Of a stretch of 64,000 nt of DNA, positions 1 through 11,016 are shown one piece after another. Source of the DNA: Ostreococcus lucimarinus (lineage: Eukaryota). The notes below the pieces were generated by a model. It saw only the letters and a program-made list of their open reading frames with translations, was not told the origin of the DNA and searched no databases. Each line of letters begins with the position of its first letter. The stretch's first letter is position 1. The translations under genes were made by a program, and so were the position numbers. Location of the stretch: NCBI GenBank assembly GCA_000092065.1, contig CP000590.1, one strand, 5' to 3'.

Positions 1-259
1 TTTTTCTCAACGTTTTCGTCGCGTTTGCGCGTCCGTCTTCGAGAGTGATGATAACAAATCGAGCTTAAAGCCTGTGAGACATTCGTGTCATACACTTTGC
101 GCTGCTGTGGGCATTATGTCATAGTTACACTGACTCGAGAGACGACGCGGACGCGAGACGAAAACCAAAACCAACCAACCGACTGCTAGGTAGTCGTCGA
201 CGACCGACGAACACGACACTGACCGCACGCACGCGCGTACGTTTTATTCACTCGCACAG

Positions 260-1384
260 GATGGTAAGACGCTCGAAAACGAATTAGAAGTCGTCGAAGG
301 GATGAAGTTTGACCGCGGTTACATTTCACCGTACTTTGTGACCAACCCGAAGACGCAAAAGTGCGAGCTCGAAAACGCGTACATTCTCATCGTCGAGAAG
401 AAGATCTCGGGTCTCACCCCGCTCTTGCCCGTGCTCGAGAGTGTGTTAAAGACGCAACGTCCTCTGCTAATCATCGCTGAAGACGTCGAATCCGAGGCGT
501 TGGCGACTTTGATCGTGAACAAGCTTCGCGGTGGCGTGAAGATTTGCGCCGTGAAGGCACCCGGCTTCGGTGACAATCGCCGATCGAACTTGCAAGACAT
601 CGCCATCTTGACTGGTGGCACCGTCGTCAGTGAAGATCTCGGCCATAAGCTCGAAAATGTCGAACTCGACATGTTGGGCTCCGCCAAGAAGGTGACGGTG
701 AGCAAGGACGACACCATCATGTTGGACGGCGCCGGGGAATCGAGCGCCATCGAAGAGCGATGCGAACAGCTCAAGGAAGCCATGGCCGAGACAACGAGCG
801 ATTACGATCGCGAAAAGATGCAAGAACGACTCGCTAAACTGAGTGGTGGTGTCGCCGTGCTCAAGGTTGGTGGTGCTTCCGAGGTTGAGGTGGGCGAAAA
901 GAAGGATCGCGTCGTCGACGCGCTCAACGCCACCAAGGCTGCCGTCGACGAGGGCATCGTTCCGGGTGGGGGGTCCGCGCTCTTGCACGCGAGCAAAACT
1001 TTACAAGCGCTCGAAGATTCGTTGGAGGTTTTCGATCAAAAAATTGGCGTCCAAATCATTCGCGAAGCAATCAAGCGCCCTCTTCGTACCATCGCTCAAA
1101 ACGCCGGCGTCGAAGGCTCCGTAGTCGTCGAAAAGGTCTTGGCGCAGACGGACATTGGCGTGGGTTACAATGCGGCGACGGACGAATACACTGACATGGT
1201 TAAGGCCGGCGTGCTTGATCCGCTTAAGGTTGTCCGCACGGCGCTCACCGACGCGGCGTCGGTGGCGTCGCTCATGATGACGTCCGAGTGCATGATCACC
1301 GACATCAAGGAAGACAAACCAGCCTTTTTGCCCGGCGATTCCGGCATGGGCGGCATGGGCGGCATGGGCGGTATGGGCTTCTAA
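260..1384 (+). CDS. HSP60: Mitochondrial chaperonin HSP60/Cpn60, terminal exon (partial; 5' exons upstream of window). 1..259 is intron sequence ending in a pyrimidine tract and acceptor ...ttttattcactcgcacag|GAT
   Basis: Translation reads ...[26 protein letters not shown]...[11 protein letters not shown]...[23 protein letters not shown]... and ends in a [14 protein letters not shown] tail typical of mitochondrial HSP60/GroEL. The reading frame continues upstream of ATG 302 to the AG at 258-259. A CACTGAC branch-like motif lies about 38 nt upstream of that AG. Confidence 0.88.
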   Translation, partial: DGKTLENELEVVEGMKFDRGYISPYFVTNPKTQKCELENAYILIVEKKISGLTPLLPVLESVLKTQRPLLIIAEDVESEALATLIVNKLRGGVKICAVKAPGFGDNRRSNLQDIAILTGGTVVSEDLGHKLENVELDMLGSAKKVTVSKDDTIMLDGAGESSAIEERCEQLKEAMAETTSDYDREKMQERLAKLSGGVAVLKVGGASEVEVGEKKDRVVDALNATKAAVDEGIVPGGGSALLHASKTLQALEDSLEVFDQKIGVQIIREAIKRPLRTIAQNAGVEGSVVVEKVLAQTDIGVGYNAATDEYTDMVKAGVLDPLKVVRTALTDAASVASLMMTSECMITDIKEDKPAFLPGDSGMGGMGGMGGMGF

Positions 1385-1455
1385 TCATACTTGACTAACG
1401 CTGCTTTTGTGAATCACAAATCTACAAATTATTTACATGAATAAAGCGGTCCTAT

Positions 1456-3078
1456 CTAAAAACATTTTTCGAGCTCGTCGTCGCCTATTTCGTCAAACGT
1501 TGGGGCGGCAAGCTCTTTGTCGTCTATCTCGTCAAAAGTCGGGGGCTTGTACAGCAACTTCAACAGTTCATGCGACTCATCCAATACATCTTTACTCAAT
1601 TTGTGCCACGCACCTCGGATACCACGGCAGTCGGGATCGTGGCATCTCTGATAGTACGCGTCCTCGCGGAAATCGATGACGAACATCACATTGTTGCTCT
1701 TGTGCGCTCGTTCGATGTTTTCGCAAAACCGATTCCCAAACAGATTGAGGATTAACACACCATACTCTGGAAACGCCTTCCACGAGCGCACGGCCGCACC
1801 GCCGTGACCGCTCCAGCGATCAAAGTCTTTGCAAACGAACGAAGCCGTGCGAGGACAAGGTCCGATTGCGTTGCCGTTGAACTCAGACGCGGTGCGCGCT
1901 AGGTGAGACCCGGTTCGATATCCTTGGAATGCTTGTCCGCGCAATACCGAAGTATGCGTGACGCCTTCGAATCGAATCACTTTGGCTTCCAAAATCAAAC
2001 ACGTCGCTGACACCAGCGATCGTTTGAAAGTTTCAAAACTTACTTCAGATTTACTCTTCCAAAATCGTCCGGTAGTCTTCAGAATCGGTTTATTCGTCTC
2101 TTCGCTGTGCTTGTTCGACAAGTAGAGGCGAAACACTCGATTTCGGGTGTACACACCAAGATCGATGAACGGCTCGGTCTTTTCGACGTCGTCTCTCTCT
2201 TTGCGTAAGAACATCGCGTCGCATCGGTCGTCCTCGCCGCGCCGCGACTCTACGGTGTGCCAAAGTTTTCTGACAAAGTGCGCACAATGCGAATTGTCGG
2301 CAAAGACTTGATCATCAGGAAGTTGTATGATCAAGTGACGACTGAACTTGGTCTCGCTTTCGCTATCGAGCTCGACGATGTGCTCCAGCTCATCAAACTT
2401 GGACGTGTCTATCTCCGGCGTCGCCTTCAGCTCCTCTACGATGAGCTGAACCAACCAATCCATCATTCGCACGCCGTCGACGTCTGGGTTTGAAACCTTG
2501 GAAAACTCAACGTCAAAGTACAAATGACAATGGGTATCTTCTCGCATGAGTTCGTAATAGTGGCGCTCCTTCAGACTTTCGTAATATTTCCAAAACGTGC
2601 GCAAGTCTTTCGGGCCGAGCATTCGAACCCCGACGTATTGTCGAAGCCCGCCTTTCTCTTCTAATTGGCGGCAAAAGTACATGTAGGGCTCTTGCACATC
2701 TTCCGAAAGTCTCCTTTGATCCACAGCTTCGAACAATTCTTGCTGCCTGTAACTTTTGATCCAGAATCGGTCTGGTTGCTTGCTCTCTCTTTCGTCCTCT
2801 TCTCGCACGACTCGCTTGCGCCTTTTCCTCGTGTCTTCCTCCTCTTTCTTTCGTTTCGTGTCTTCTCCGTCGTAGAAACTGCTGGGATCATACGGTCTTA
2901 TCGCGTCGAAATCTATGGATGTACGCGCTTTCGTGTTCTCGTCCTTCTTCGGAGGCGAAAGCCGTGGATCGTATATTTCTCGCATCTGCCGTCGTTCGTA
3001 AACCGTTGCGTCGCGGTCAGTCGCCGTCGCGTGTGAAATCGCACGAGTATGTAGACCAATTATGGCTCGATACGCCAT
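1456..3078 (-). CDS. PRIMPOL: Primase-polymerase PrimPol (archaeo-eukaryotic primase with a UL52-like zinc finger)
   Basis: HYYELMREDTHCHLYFDVEFSK matches the PrimPol motif I region (human ...CKLYFDLEFNK). The C-terminal CHDPDCRG...H pattern is a UL52-type zinc finger. On the minus strand a TGTAA lies about 25 nt past the stop. Confidence 0.75.
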   Translation of the reverse strand: MAYRAIIGLHTRAISHATATDRDATVYERRQMREIYDPRLSPPKKDENTKARTSIDFDAIRPYDPSSFYDGEDTKRKKEEEDTRKRRKRVVREEDERESKQPDRFWIKSYRQQELFEAVDQRRLSEDVQEPYMYFCRQLEEKGGLRQYVGVRMLGPKDLRTFWKYYESLKERHYYELMREDTHCHLYFDVEFSKVSNPDVDGVRMMDWLVQLIVEELKATPEIDTSKFDELEHIVELDSESETKFSRHLIIQLPDDQVFADNSHCAHFVRKLWHTVESRRGEDDRCDAMFLRKERDDVEKTEPFIDLGVYTRNRVFRLYLSNKHSEETNKPILKTTGRFWKSKSEVSFETFKRSLVSATCLILEAKVIRFEGVTHTSVLRGQAFQGYRTGSHLARTASEFNGNAIGPCPRTASFVCKDFDRWSGHGGAAVRSWKAFPEYGVLILNLFGNRFCENIERAHKSNNVMFVIDFREDAYYQRCHDPDCRGIRGAWHKLSKDVLDESHELLKLLYKPPTFDEIDDKELAAPTFDEIGDDELEKCF

Positions 3079-4045
3079 ATTTGTAGGCGTATCAAGATGG
3101 AAGGATGGCCATTGAATTTACCGAACGTAAATTATTCTCCCAAAGACGTGTGCGATGGGAAAGACTCAACAGTTCGGAGAGCGAGAAAAACCGCGCAAAG
3201 ATCAGATTTTCCTCGGATTACGGTTCATAATCACAGCAAAACTCAGCTGACACGCATGAATGATTGTTGTGCATTGTTCATCATCGGAATCTCTCTCTCT
3301 CGCGCGTCGCATTCAAGAAAAACCGTCCACCGGTGAGCCGGAAAACGCCGTCGACGCGTCAGACAAGGCTGAATGTTAATCCACAGGAGTGTTCAGACAC
3401 AAACGTATACGTCGTATGGTATATCGTCATCAGCCGCGTCGACATCACGTTCTCCGATCGCCTCACCGCCGCCTCCCTCGCGCGCGTTCCCGGTGTCCTC
3501 CCCGTCGTCGCGTTCCGAAACGGCTCAGTCTTATGCATAATGAGTTCATCGAACAATGGCCACAAAGTCTCGTACAAGAGGTGTCAGAATGTGGTGATCA
3601 TCATCGCCGTTTCGCAATCGCACGCCGTGGTCGCATTTCCTCGCGCGTCGCCCCCTCGCGCGTCCCGAGCGACCGTCCAGACGCCGCGCGAACGATCATT
3701 CACCGATGCAAACCCATCGCCCGCGCGCATCTTCACCGCGCTCGCGCTCTCGTTCGCGCGCGTTCGAGCCATCGCGCGCGCGCCTTCGCACGCACCGTTA
3801 TCGCGCGCACCGCATGGTCGCGTCGTCGTCGCGACGCGCGTCGACGCGCGTCGGAGTGGCGGTCTTCAGTCGCGGCGGCGGCACATCGCGACGACTCGAC
3901 GCGACGCGACGCGACGCGACGCGCACGACCCGCGGGACGACCGCGCGCGACCGCTCGAGATCGAGCGCGCGACGTCCGTCACCAGTCCTCACCGTCGCGA
4001 GCGCGTCGAACGCGAGCGAACGCGCGAGGCGCGAGTGGCGGCGGC

Positions 4046-5746
4046 ATGGGTGGCGGCGGCGAAGCGAAAAAGGCGAAAAAGGAAAAGCGCGCGAAGCGCG
4101 ACGGCGACGACGGCGAAAGGAAGAAGAAGGCGAAGAAGAGTAAAAAGACCGACGCGGGAGCGGGCGATGCGGACGATTCGAGCGGGCGCGAAACGCGCGA
4201 GGAGGAGGCGGTGGAGAGAATCGAAGCGCCGGTGGATGGAATACTGAGCGAGACGACGTTCGAGTCGCTCGAGTTGAGCGCGCCGACGATGAAAGGGATC
4301 GAACAGATGGGATTTAAGACGATGACCGAGGTACAAGCGCGGTGTGTGCCGCCGTTGCTGGCCGGGAAGGATGTGTTGGGGGCGGCGCGGACGGGGAGCG
4401 GAAAGACGCTGGCGTTTTTGGTGCCGAGCGTGGAGTTGTTGTACCACGCAAAGTTCATGCCGAGAAATGGGACGGGAGTGATGGTGCTGTCGCCCACGCG
4501 TGAATTGGCGCTGCAGATTTACAACGTCGCGCAACAGCTGATGGAGAAGCACTCGCAGACGCACGGATTAATCATCGGAGGCGCGAATCGACGCGCCGAA
4601 GCCGAACGCTTGATCAAGGGCGTCAACTTGCTCGTCGCCACGCCTGGACGGTTGCTGGATCACATGCAGAACACTCGTGGATTCACGTTTAGCTCGCTCA
4701 AGGTGTTTGTCATGGACGAAGCCGATCGCATGCTCGATATCGGGTTCGAGGAGGAGATGCGAACCATCGTGAAAATGTTGCCAAAGGAGCGGCAGACGAT
4801 GCTGTTTAGCGCGACGCAAACCACAAAGGTTGAAGATTTGGCGCGCTTGTCGTTGAAGAGTCCGATTTACATCGGCGTTGACGACTCGCGCGCGGTGTCC
4901 ACCGCCACGGGCGTCGAGCAAGGGTACTGCGTCGTCCCGAGCGAGCAAAGGTTTTTGCTCTTGTTTACGTTTTTGAAGAAGAACTTGAAGAAGAAAATTA
5001 TGGTTTTCTTTTCGTCGTGTAACTCGGTCAAGTATCACGCCGAATTGTTGAATTATATCGACATTCCCGTGAGCGACATTCACGGCAAGCAAAAGCAACA
5101 GCGAAGAACGACGACGTTCTTTGAGTTTTGCAAAGCCGACCGCGGCGTTTTGTTGTGCACCGACGTCGCGGCGAGAGGCTTGGACATCCCCGCGGTGGAT
5201 TGGATCATTCAGTACGATCCTCCAGACGACCCAAAGGAGTACATTCATCGCGTCGGGCGCACGGCGCGAGGGACGGACGGAAAAGGACGCGCATTGCTCT
5301 TCTTGATTCCAGAAGAGTTGTCGTTTTTAAAGTATCTCAAGTCGGCGAAGGTGCCGCTCAACGAGTACGAGTTCCCGACGAAAAAAATCGCCAACGTGCA
5401 GAGTCAGTTGGAGAAACTGGTGGAGAAAAATTATTACTTGCACACCAGCGCGCGCGACGCCTATCGAGCGTACATTCTGGCCTACAACTCGCACACGCTC
5501 AAGGATGTGTACAACGTGCACGCGCTCGACCTCAACGCCGTGGCGAGCTCGTTCGGTTTCCACAAACCTCCCAAGGTCCAACTCAACCTGGACTCCAAGG
5601 CGAGCAAAGGGCGCACGAAATCACGAGGCGACGGCGGTCCGGGAAGCGATTACCGTCGCCAGAAAGGCACCGGTCACAATTTTAGCGCGGAAAATCCATA
5701 CGGTAAAAAGGATTCGAGCGATTCGCGTCAATTCGTACGCATGTAG
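4046..5746 (+). CDS. HAS1: DEAD-box ATP-dependent RNA helicase of the HAS1/DDX18 type. The track ORF starts at 3389 but its first 219 codons are Arg-rich GC-shadow; the first plausible ATG is 4046 ([18 protein letters not shown]...)
   Basis: Q-motif region [36 protein letters not shown]; motifs [33 protein letters not shown]...RGLDIP...HRVGRTAR. The lysine-rich N-terminus is typical of Has1/DDX18. Confidence 0.9.
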   Translation: MGGGGEAKKAKKEKRAKRDGDDGERKKKAKKSKKTDAGAGDADDSSGRETREEEAVERIEAPVDGILSETTFESLELSAPTMKGIEQMGFKTMTEVQARCVPPLLAGKDVLGAARTGSGKTLAFLVPSVELLYHAKFMPRNGTGVMVLSPTRELALQIYNVAQQLMEKHSQTHGLIIGGANRRAEAERLIKGVNLLVATPGRLLDHMQNTRGFTFSSLKVFVMDEADRMLDIGFEEEMRTIVKMLPKERQTMLFSATQTTKVEDLARLSLKSPIYIGVDDSRAVSTATGVEQGYCVVPSEQRFLLLFTFLKKNLKKKIMVFFSSCNSVKYHAELLNYIDIPVSDIHGKQKQQRRTTTFFEFCKADRGVLLCTDVAARGLDIPAVDWIIQYDPPDDPKEYIHRVGRTARGTDGKGRALLFLIPEELSFLKYLKSAKVPLNEYEFPTKKIANVQSQLEKLVEKNYYLHTSARDAYRAYILAYNSHTLKDVYNVHALDLNAVASSFGFHKPPKVQLNLDSKASKGRTKSRGDGGPGSDYRRQKGTGHNFSAENPYGKKDSSDSRQFVRM

Positions 5747-6240
5747 TAGCCCGCGTATCACTAGCGATCAAAGACACCAATCACTCAGTATTCATCACTC
5801 TCGTTTTACAAACTCACTTATCCATCGGTTCCAGCACGACGGGCGTCGCGCTCCCCTCTCGCGGCCACGCCTTCATGCGCGCCTTCGTCGCGTCTTCCCA
5901 CTCCTTCGTCATCGTCGACGGCAACGGATCGCCTGCTCGCGCGCGCGCGCGCCCATCGTCAGTCCCCACCCCCTCCCGCGCGCTCGCGTCGATCGACCCT
6001 CCGCGCGCGCTCGCGCGCGTCCGTTCGCCCGTTCGTAGGGTCGCGCCTCGACCCCCCTCGATCGCGCGCGCGCGCCCGTTCGCGTCGCCCTCGCCGCGTC
6101 GCGCACCTCCGAACACTTTCGCGACGTTCACGGCGTAATACGTCACCCCCGCCGCGCCGCACAGCGCCGCCGTGGCGCTCGCCACCTGCGCGATCGACGC
6201 GCTCGTCATGGCGCGGCGTCGCGGTGTGGCGTCGCGCGCG

Positions 6241-6433
6241 GCGTCGTGATCGACTCGTCACGTATTTAAGGACTCTTCTTGGGTCGCGAACGGTCGATCG
6301 TCGTCGCGGCGTCGTGCTCGAGTCGTCACGTATTTAAGGACTCTTCTTGGGTCGCGAACGGTCGATCGTCGTCGCGGCGTCGTGATCGAGTCGTCACGTA
6401 TTTAAGGACTCTTCTTGGGTCGCGAACGGTCGA
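6241..6433. repeat. 68-bp tandem repeat, about 2.8 copies; unit starts at 6241, 6309 and 6377
   Basis: Unit gcgtcgtgatcgaStcgtcacgtatttaaggactcttcttgggtcgcgaacggtcgatcgtcgtcgcg repeats with only 2 mismatches between copies. Each copy carries TCACGTA (ACGT core) and TATTTAAGG (TATA-like). The array lies 270-460 bp upstream of the DNA2 ATG. Confidence 0.9.
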
Positions 6434-6700
6434 ATTCAAAGCCCGCGACGACAGACGCGGCGTCGCGCGGCGTCGCGGCGCATCGCGACGCGCGCGAGCG
6501 GACGCGCGCGAACGCGCGAGCGCGCGACGCGCGACGCGCGCGTCGTCGTCCCGACGCGTCGAGAGCGCGGCGCGAGCGACGACGCGCGACGACGACGCGA
6601 CGCGAGGGGCGACGACGGGACGACGAGACGAGACGAGACCACGACGACGCCGACGACGCCGACGACGACGCGCGAGCGCTCGACGAGGGAAGGGAGCGAA

Positions 6701-9700
6701 ATGAGCGGGAAGAAACGCGCGCGGGGCGGGCGGCGGGTGACGGTGGACGCGGAGGTGGAGACGTCGCAGCGGGAGCGGGTGACGTACGGGGCGCCGAGCG
6801 GGACGACGACGACGACGACGACGGCGACGGCGACGACGACGACGGAGGCGAATGGGAGCGCGCGGCACGGTGATAGCGCGGCGATGGAACGATTGTTCGC
6901 GTTAGGCGCGGGAACGGTCGCGGGGGGGGGCGAAAACGATGCTGATGATGGATTAGGGGTGTGGTTGAGCGAGAGCGAATTCGGCGGCGGCGGCGGCGGC
7001 GCGAGGGGGAAGTCGAACGCGGTGGGCGCGAACGGCGAGCGTGGGAGGCTTTCCGTGCCCGTGGCGCCGGCGTGGGAAGAATCATCGGCGGAGAAGTCAC
7101 CGGGGGGGCGGAGACGACGGGCGAGCCGCGATGGCGAGGAGCGAAGACGATCGGAGGATTTGTTTGAGGAATTGTTGACAAACGTCGAGCGCGGCGCGCC
7201 GGCGCGAGACTCCGCGCCGGCGACGATGGAAGTCGCGACGACGACGACGGCGTCCGCGGTGAATACACGCAAAGAAGGTGACCACACGCTTGCGCTGGCG
7301 TCGATGGATCCCGATTGGAACGACGAGGATGAGGATAGTCAGGCGCTCATCGACGCCGTGACGCTCGCGGAGAAGCGCGCCAAGATGGCAAAGTCGGCTT
7401 CTGCGACGACGACGCAAGCGAGTAACGCCGTGCCTTCGCTGAGCGATATAACCCTAGACGATGGCGATGACGACGACGACTTATTCGCCGCCGCGGTGGA
7501 TATGGCTGAAAAAGCGCGCGACAGTCGCGTTGAGTCCGGAACGCCGTCCACGGCGACTTCCCCTAGGAAATCGCCTAGGAAATCCGCCGCGGTCGCGGCT
7601 TGCGCGCGCACGCAATCGGCGACTGCGCGAGTTAAAATTGAAGATGGCTTTATGGAAGATTGCAAGGCGGAGTTGCAGAAAGCGTTGGAATTCGCGAGAG
7701 AAGAAGCGGAGGCAGAGACTGAAATTCTAGGCACCTGGTTCGTCGAAAGCGTCGCGTCGCCGCGGATTGGCTGCGTCGAATCCCTCGTCCTGACGAAGGC
7801 TAGCGGTGCAAAGAAGACTGTCGTGCTGAAGGGTTATTGGCGAGAAACCCTGGTTTCAGTGGGAGATTCTCTGATCTTGTACTGTTTGCCCGGCGTGGCG
7901 CGCAAAGAAGACGTCGCGAAGGATATTGTCGAAGTCACTGACGATGGAGGGGTGATGATTATTCTTTTCCCGGCGTACTTGATAAGTGCGACGACGATAG
8001 GGAATGGTATGGACTGCCCTCGACAATCAGTGTTGCAGCAACAACTGCAGACGACGTGGGGTGACGCGAACGAGGCGGCGACGATCGGTACTATTATGCA
8101 CGATCTCGTTGAGCACGCGCTCCTCGTCGGATCGAGCCGAGCACTCGTGCCGATGGCTTCCAAGGTGAAGAGCGTGATCGAAAGCAACGTGGACAATATA
8201 TTCGCCATCGATTCAACCGAAAAGAAGCTGCAGCAAAGAATAGATGCGACCATTCCAGGTGTGGAATCATGGGCTAACAAGCTCACGGCGGCGTCTCGTG
8301 TGCCAAAGCTTGGTCGCGCGAAGCCCGGCGGCAACGCCCAGGTGCGAATGAACAGAAAAGCTGCGCACGATAAGCTTCGAAGAAAGTGCACTGTGGGCGT
8401 CGAGGCAAGCTTGGATTACAATACGTCTGCAACGTTGCAAGTTGACGACATGATTGACATAGAAGAACTCATTTGGGCTCCAAAACTTGGATTAAAAGGC
8501 ATCTTGGACGGCGTCGCAAACGCCGTCATACGTCAATCGAAGGAAGATTTACCATTGCCGAGCGTCGTTCCGATCGAGTTGAAGACGGGTAAGTGGAAGT
8601 CTGTCGGTCACGACGCACAAGTCTTGTTTTATAATCTTATGATCGGCGAACGCTACGGCAAAGTGTCTCCTTTCGGCGTATTGCACTACACCACGGACGA
8701 TAATGACGACGAAGGCACGAGTAAAATTTTCACGAATAAGCCGGCTAACATCAGCGCTCTGATGCAGCGTCGGAATCACCTTGCGGCAATGTTAAGACCG
8801 ACGCCCGAAGAAGCGATGCAACACAACGCTCCAGTCCCGCACGGCAAGGCCCGTCTCGGGAACGGTAAGCTGCCGAAGATGCAGCCACAAAGCTGGTGTG
8901 AGCGTTGCTTCTCACAGCACGAGTGTTTCAGCTTGCATCGCGCGCTCGAGGGAGGAGACGGCGAAACAAGCGAGCTCGGCAATTTGTTCATCGGCGCCAC
9001 CTCGCATCTGAACCAGACTCACGAAACAGCAATCCGTCACTGGATTCATCTGATTGATTTGGAATCTTCCGAGTCTTTGCGCAAGCGTGCAACTCCGTGG
9101 CTTCCGGTTGAACTCGTCAATCGTCGCGCGAGCGACACGTACGCGATCGACGACCTCGCTTTTGTTCGTGAAAGCACGCAAGAGAAGTCTGCATTCGTCG
9201 GTGATAATCACTATTACATATTCAAACCCTCAAGTTCTGTCGCAGAAAGCGTTCTGAAGAGAGTTGGGATCGCCGATCGCGTCGTCTTGAGTCGCGACAA
9301 AGGCTTGACGGTGATTTCTCGCGCACAAATCATTCGCATCTCAAATGATTCTGGCGAGGTCGTCATCGAAATGGCTACAGAACGACCATTACGCCGGGAT
9401 ACCGCAAATAATGCGATGGCACCGTTACCGGGATCGTCCGAAGAGAGCGCGCTATGGAGAATCGATAAAGACGGGGCTTCTCTCACCATGGCCGCGAGGA
9501 CTCGTGGAAACGTTCTCGCGTTGTTTACCCAAACAGAACGCGCCGCTATCATTCGTCGACGCATCATCGATTTGGAGCGACCCAAGTTCGCTCCAATTGG
9601 TGACCATAAGAGGAAAATCGAAGTCGCACTCAAAGATCTCGGCTTCCCTTTGAACGACGAGCAGCTTTTGGCAGTCGAAAAGATCGTTACGGCTGAAGAT

Positions 9701-10948
9701 TACGTCCTCGTGCAGGGCTTTCCGGGTGCCGGCAAAACAGCCATGCTCGTCGCCGCCGTGAAAGCTCTTCGAGCGCAAGGAAAATCGGTGTTGATCACGT
9801 CCCACACGCACAGCGCCATCGATAACGTCTTCTCTAGGCTTCCAGGAGTTGGAGTTCACGAGTTTATGCGCATCGGCGACGAAGTGAAAGTCGTCGACGC
9901 CGTGCAAGAATACAGGCTTGGATCAAAGCGATGGCCGTGCTCGAATTCGGATGACTTGCGTAAGGTATCAGAGCGCGCTATGGTCGTCGGTGCAACGTGC
10001 CACGCCATGGGTCACGCGTATTTCCAGCGTAAAATGTTTGACGTTGTTCTCATCGATGAGTCGGGGCAGATTACGCTTCCGAGCATTCTCCCTCCGCTCT
10101 TTGCGGCAAAGACGTTCGTGCTCGTCGGCGATCACCATCAGCTCCCGCCGCTCGTGAAGTCAAAACAGGCAATTGCCGGTGGACTTGGTCGATCTCTTCT
10201 TGCCATGCTGTGTGACGCACATCCAGACATGGTGACGAAATTGTCTTCGCAGTACCGCATGGCAGAGCCGCTGACTCGATTACCAAACATTTTGACGTAC
10301 GACGGAAAGTTGCGCTGTGGTACGGAGTCGGTCGCGAAACAGTTACTTTCGCTCGCGCCTCTCAAAGATGCTTTCTCCTGCGCTCCGCAGTGGTTAGCGC
10401 ACGTCATGAATCCCGCGAATCACACCGTTTTCTTGGATACGAGCGCGCTCGGCGCCGCGGCGCGCGAAACGCCTAAGCCGTATATTAATGAGGCAGAGAT
10501 GGACTTGGTGCTGACGACAGTCAGTGCGCTCACAACTCACGGCGCCACGAGTGTGTGCGCATTATCACCATTTAACGCCCAGGTCGACGCCATCAAAGCT
10601 CGCTTGAACGGATTCAAAGCGCTCAGCGGCGACGACGCGCCTCGAGCGCTCACAATTGACAAAGCGCAAGGCCAGGATATGGACGCGGTGTGCATCTCCT
10701 TCGTCTGTTCGAACGATGAAGCCAAGGTGAACGTTTTGCTGAATGACACCAGTCGCTTTAACGTTGCGATCACGCGTGCAAAGAAAAAGCTGATCCTCAT
10801 CGGTAACGCCGAAACGTTGCGATCCTCTCCGGTGCTCGCGCGAGCGCTCGAATTTTATCGCGCCGAGGGGTGGATCGTGCCGCTCACCATCGAAGCGCTG
10901 GATTTCACGAACTTCGTCCTCGGGACGTTCGAACCGAGCGTTCTCTAG
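6701..10948 (+). CDS. DNA2: DNA replication ATP-dependent nuclease/helicase DNA2
   Basis: Nuclease domain with Fe-S cysteines (CPRQSVLQ... and CERCFSQHEC) and PD-(D/E)XK motifs (IMHDLVEH, VVPIELKTGKW). SF1 helicase motifs GFPGAGKT, VVLIDESGQ and VLVGDHHQLPP. Long disordered N-terminus. Confidence 0.85.
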   Translation: MSGKKRARGGRRVTVDAEVETSQRERVTYGAPSGTTTTTTTATATTTTEANGSARHGDSAAMERLFALGAGTVAGGGENDADDGLGVWLSESEFGGGGGGARGKSNAVGANGERGRLSVPVAPAWEESSAEKSPGGRRRRASRDGEERRRSEDLFEELLTNVERGAPARDSAPATMEVATTTTASAVNTRKEGDHTLALASMDPDWNDEDEDSQALIDAVTLAEKRAKMAKSASATTTQASNAVPSLSDITLDDGDDDDDLFAAAVDMAEKARDSRVESGTPSTATSPRKSPRKSAAVAACARTQSATARVKIEDGFMEDCKAELQKALEFAREEAEAETEILGTWFVESVASPRIGCVESLVLTKASGAKKTVVLKGYWRETLVSVGDSLILYCLPGVARKEDVAKDIVEVTDDGGVMIILFPAYLISATTIGNGMDCPRQSVLQQQLQTTWGDANEAATIGTIMHDLVEHALLVGSSRALVPMASKVKSVIESNVDNIFAIDSTEKKLQQRIDATIPGVESWANKLTAASRVPKLGRAKPGGNAQVRMNRKAAHDKLRRKCTVGVEASLDYNTSATLQVDDMIDIEELIWAPKLGLKGILDGVANAVIRQSKEDLPLPSVVPIELKTGKWKSVGHDAQVLFYNLMIGERYGKVSPFGVLHYTTDDNDDEGTSKIFTNKPANISALMQRRNHLAAMLRPTPEEAMQHNAPVPHGKARLGNGKLPKMQPQSWCERCFSQHECFSLHRALEGGDGETSELGNLFIGATSHLNQTHETAIRHWIHLIDLESSESLRKRATPWLPVELVNRRASDTYAIDDLAFVRESTQEKSAFVGDNHYYIFKPSSSVAESVLKRVGIADRVVLSRDKGLTVISRAQIIRISNDSGEVVIEMATERPLRRDTANNAMAPLPGSSEESALWRIDKDGASLTMAARTRGNVLALFTQTERAAIIRRRIIDLERPKFAPIGDHKRKIEVALKDLGFPLNDEQLLAVEKIVTAEDYVLVQGFPGAGKTAMLVAAVKALRAQGKSVLITSHTHSAIDNVFSRLPGVGVHEFMRIGDEVKVVDAVQEYRLGSKRWPCSNSDDLRKVSERAMVVGATCHAMGHAYFQRKMFDVVLIDESGQITLPSILPPLFAAKTFVLVGDHHQLPPLVKSKQAIAGGLGRSLLAMLCDAHPDMVTKLSSQYRMAEPLTRLPNILTYDGKLRCGTESVAKQLLSLAPLKDAFSCAPQWLAHVMNPANHTVFLDTSALGAAARETPKPYINEAEMDLVLTTVSALTTHGATSVCALSPFNAQVDAIKARLNGFKALSGDDAPRALTIDKAQGQDMDAVCISFVCSNDEAKVNVLLNDTSRFNVAITRAKKKLILIGNAETLRSSPVLARALEFYRAEGWIVPLTIEALDFTNFVLGTFEPSVL

Positions 10949-11016
10949 CTTATTGACTACTATAGATCTAAAAATTATCTGTTGTACACACTACTCCTAC
11001 GTCTTCGAGCGAGGAC

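Noticed and set aside
6402-7287. Long minus-strand ORFs (6402..7268, 6436..7287) and many other 100-300 codon Arg/Ala/Ser-rich ORFs throughout the track (for example 3264..4247, 14838..15718, 16756..18264 5' part, 23229..24298, 50220..51200, 52501..53409)
   Set aside because: They are low-complexity (RRRR, SSSS, poly-Ala) translations of the opposite strand or alternative frame of real genes. They arise because GC-rich DNA lacks stop codons. They lack any domain signal and overlap well-supported genes.
8549-10800. Small antisense ORFs inside DNA2 (8549..8779, 8776..9000, 8912..9211, 9214..9633, 9452..9907, 10537..10800)
   Set aside because: They have no recognisable domains, atypical composition and complete overlap with a well-supported 1415-codon gene, so they are chance ORFs.
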